Assembly (NCBI GenBank): GCA_026770705.1
Contig: JANJGN010000026.1
Coordinates: 31,000,001 to 31,064,000 of the forward strand
Direction of reading: 5' to 3'
DNA length: 64,000 bases
From: Isurus oxyrinchus
Taxonomy: Eukaryota
The notes under the pieces are model-generated. The model saw only the letters and a program-made list of their open reading frames with translations. It ran no database searches and was not told the DNA's origin. Positions 61,930 through 64,000 of the stretch are shown here, in pieces. The translations under genes and the position numbers were made by a program. Position 1 is the stretch's first letter. Each line of letters starts with the position of its first letter.

Positions 61930-63230
61930 CTTGATATTCATTTTCAGTGCAGTCAGCAGAATTAGATTTCAGATATCCCTTCTTTTCCGGCGCCAAAGGC
62001 CAGTTTCCCACCTATGGAGTGGTATGTGTAGGAGGATGCAGGGTATTTTGTTCCCATGTGCTTGTTGCCCTTGTTATTCTGGGAGGTGGAGGTCACAGGT
62101 ATGGAAGGTGTTGTTGAAGGGGCCTTGGCGAGTTGCTGCAGTGCATCTTGTGGATGACACACACTGCAGCCACTGTGTATCAGTGGCGAAGGGAGTGAAT
62201 GTTTAATTCCTGGATGAGGAGCCTATCAAGGGGTTGATTTCCCCTGGTTGGTGTGGAGGTTCTTGAGAGTTGCTGCAGTTACATTCGTCAAGGAAAGTAA
62301 TCAATTTCCAACAGGCATCTGACTTGCAGATTTGCAGATGGTGGAAAGGCTTTGGGGAATCCAGACGTGAGTTAATCACACAGAATTCCCAGCCTCTGAC
62401 CTACTCTTGTAGACACAGTATTTATATGGCTGGTCCAGTTCAGTTTCTCTTCAATCGCACCTGCACAACGTTGATGGTCGGTTTCAGTGATGGTAATGTC
62501 TTTTGAATGTCAAGGGGAGATGTTTGGTTTCTTTATTGTTGGAGTTGGTCATTGCCTGACACTTGTGTGCCACTTATATCACTTGCAACTTATCAACACA
62601 AACCTGTCCAGTTCGAGATGCAATAAGTAAGGATGGTTTCATTATCTGATAGGTCATAAATGGAACAGAACACTGTGCAAATATGAGCGAACATCCCCAC
62701 TCCTGACCCAGTGATGAAGGGAAGGTCATTGATTAAGCTGCTGAAGATGGTTGGACCAAGGACACTTCTCTGAGAGACTCCTGGAATGATGTCCTGCTGC
62801 TGAGATGATTGGTCTCCAACAACACAACATCTTCATATTCGTTAGGTGTAACTCCAGCCAGTGGAGAGACTTGACCCTGATTCCCGTTGACCTGACACTT
62901 TCCAAGGCTTCCTGATGCCACATTCAGTTAATAGCTACTTTGACATCAAGAACTGAAGCACTCATATATCATGTCTGGAAGTTCGCTCTCTTGTCCATGT
63001 TCAGACCAAGTTTACAATGAGCTTTGATGCTGGCTGATCCTGGTGGATTCAGTCTGATCTTTGGTGGGCATTTTGGCGACTCCTTCAGTCACTTTACTGA
63101 TGATTGAGAGTAGATTGATTGAGCTGCGAGGGGACAGACCTAATCTGTTGTCCATTATGTACAGTATTCTATCTTCACGCTATGGTTCATAATTTTCAGG
63201 TATGCCTGGTCTTGCTTCTGACGTGCTGGC
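61930..63230 (-). mobile_element. Degraded CR1-like LINE (same family as 49410-50015)
   Basis: WHQEALE..GIRVKSLHWLELHL; degenerate PQGSVLGPTIFS. Confidence 0.7.
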
Positions 63231-63264
63231 CTATATTCCTCATTATTCCCAGGCTAGATGATAG

Positions 63265-63950
63265 ACTCATAGACTCAGAGACGATTACAGCACAGATGGA
63301 GGCCATTCGGCCCATCGTTTCTGCCCCAGTAAACAAAGATCTGACTACACTAATCCCATTTTCCCGCGCTTGGCCCATAGCCCTGGAAGCTATGGCAGTT
63401 TAAGTGAACATTTAAATCCTTCTTAAATGTTACTAGAGTTTCTGACTCAACCACCCTTTCAGGCAGTGAGTTCCAAATTCCTACCACACTCTGGGTGAAA
63501 AAGATTCTCATCAACTCCCCTCTTAGCCTTCTACCTCTTATCCAAAATCTCTGCTCTTTGGTTTTTGACCCCTGTACTAATGGAAAAGGTGCCTTCCTAT
63601 CCACACTACCTATGCCCCTCAGCACCCCCTCAAGATTCGTTCTCCAAGGAAAACAGCCCAGCATATCCAATCTTTCCTCATAGTTCAGATGCTCCAGCCC
63701 AGATAGCATCTTGGTAAATCTCTGCACTCTCTCCAATGCAGTCACATACTTCCTAGAAATGTGGTGACCAGAACTGCAAGTAGTGCTCCAGTTGTGGCCT
63801 AACCAACGTTTTATAAAGTTCCAGCATAACCTGCCTGTTCTTGTGTTTTATGCCTCAGATAATAAAGGCAAGTAACCCATATGCCTTCTTAACCACCTCA
63901 TCAACCTGCTCTGCTACCTTTAGGAATCTGTGGATGGGCACACTAAGGTT
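63265..63950 (-). mobile_element. CR1 LINE 3' fragment
   Basis: ORF 63350-63745: ALERVQRFTKMLSG...IWNSLPERVV...GYGPSAGKWD. Confidence 0.88.
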
Positions 63951-64000
63951 TGAGTGAGGGATATTCTGGTCCATGAGATTACAGGGTGTGATTGAATGCA

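Overview
Eukaryotic genomic DNA from a cartilaginous fish (shark-type immunoglobulin sequences and repeats). The right half (37.6-55.2 kb, minus strand) holds one complete, unrearranged IgM heavy-chain minilocus in cluster organisation: leader, VH, D1, D2, JH, an ~9.5 kb intron containing a 163-N gap, Cmu1-Cmu4 with secretory tail, TM1 and TM2. All splice sites, exon phases and 12/22-23 recombination signals are readable and consistent. The left half (0-27 kb) is a cluster of KRAB-less, single-coding-exon C2H2 zinc-finger genes: one intact ORF, one partial at the window edge and several pseudogenes. They share a common header and 3' UTR, and two sit in an inverted segmental duplication. Between the two blocks (28-36 kb) lies a decayed tRNA cluster (Lys, Asn, Val, Glu x3, Leu, Thr relics). 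The rest is CR1, L2, RTE, Penelope-like and LTR remnants, SINEs and mini/microsatellites. The most notable unexplained features are a strand-biased G-rich tandem repeat in the J-C intron where a switch region would sit, a repeat-free octamer-bearing stretch 3' of JH, and the ZNF/tRNA/Ig juxtaposition. I found no clearly new biological system; these are leads. All alignments were done by eye and repeat boundaries are approximate.
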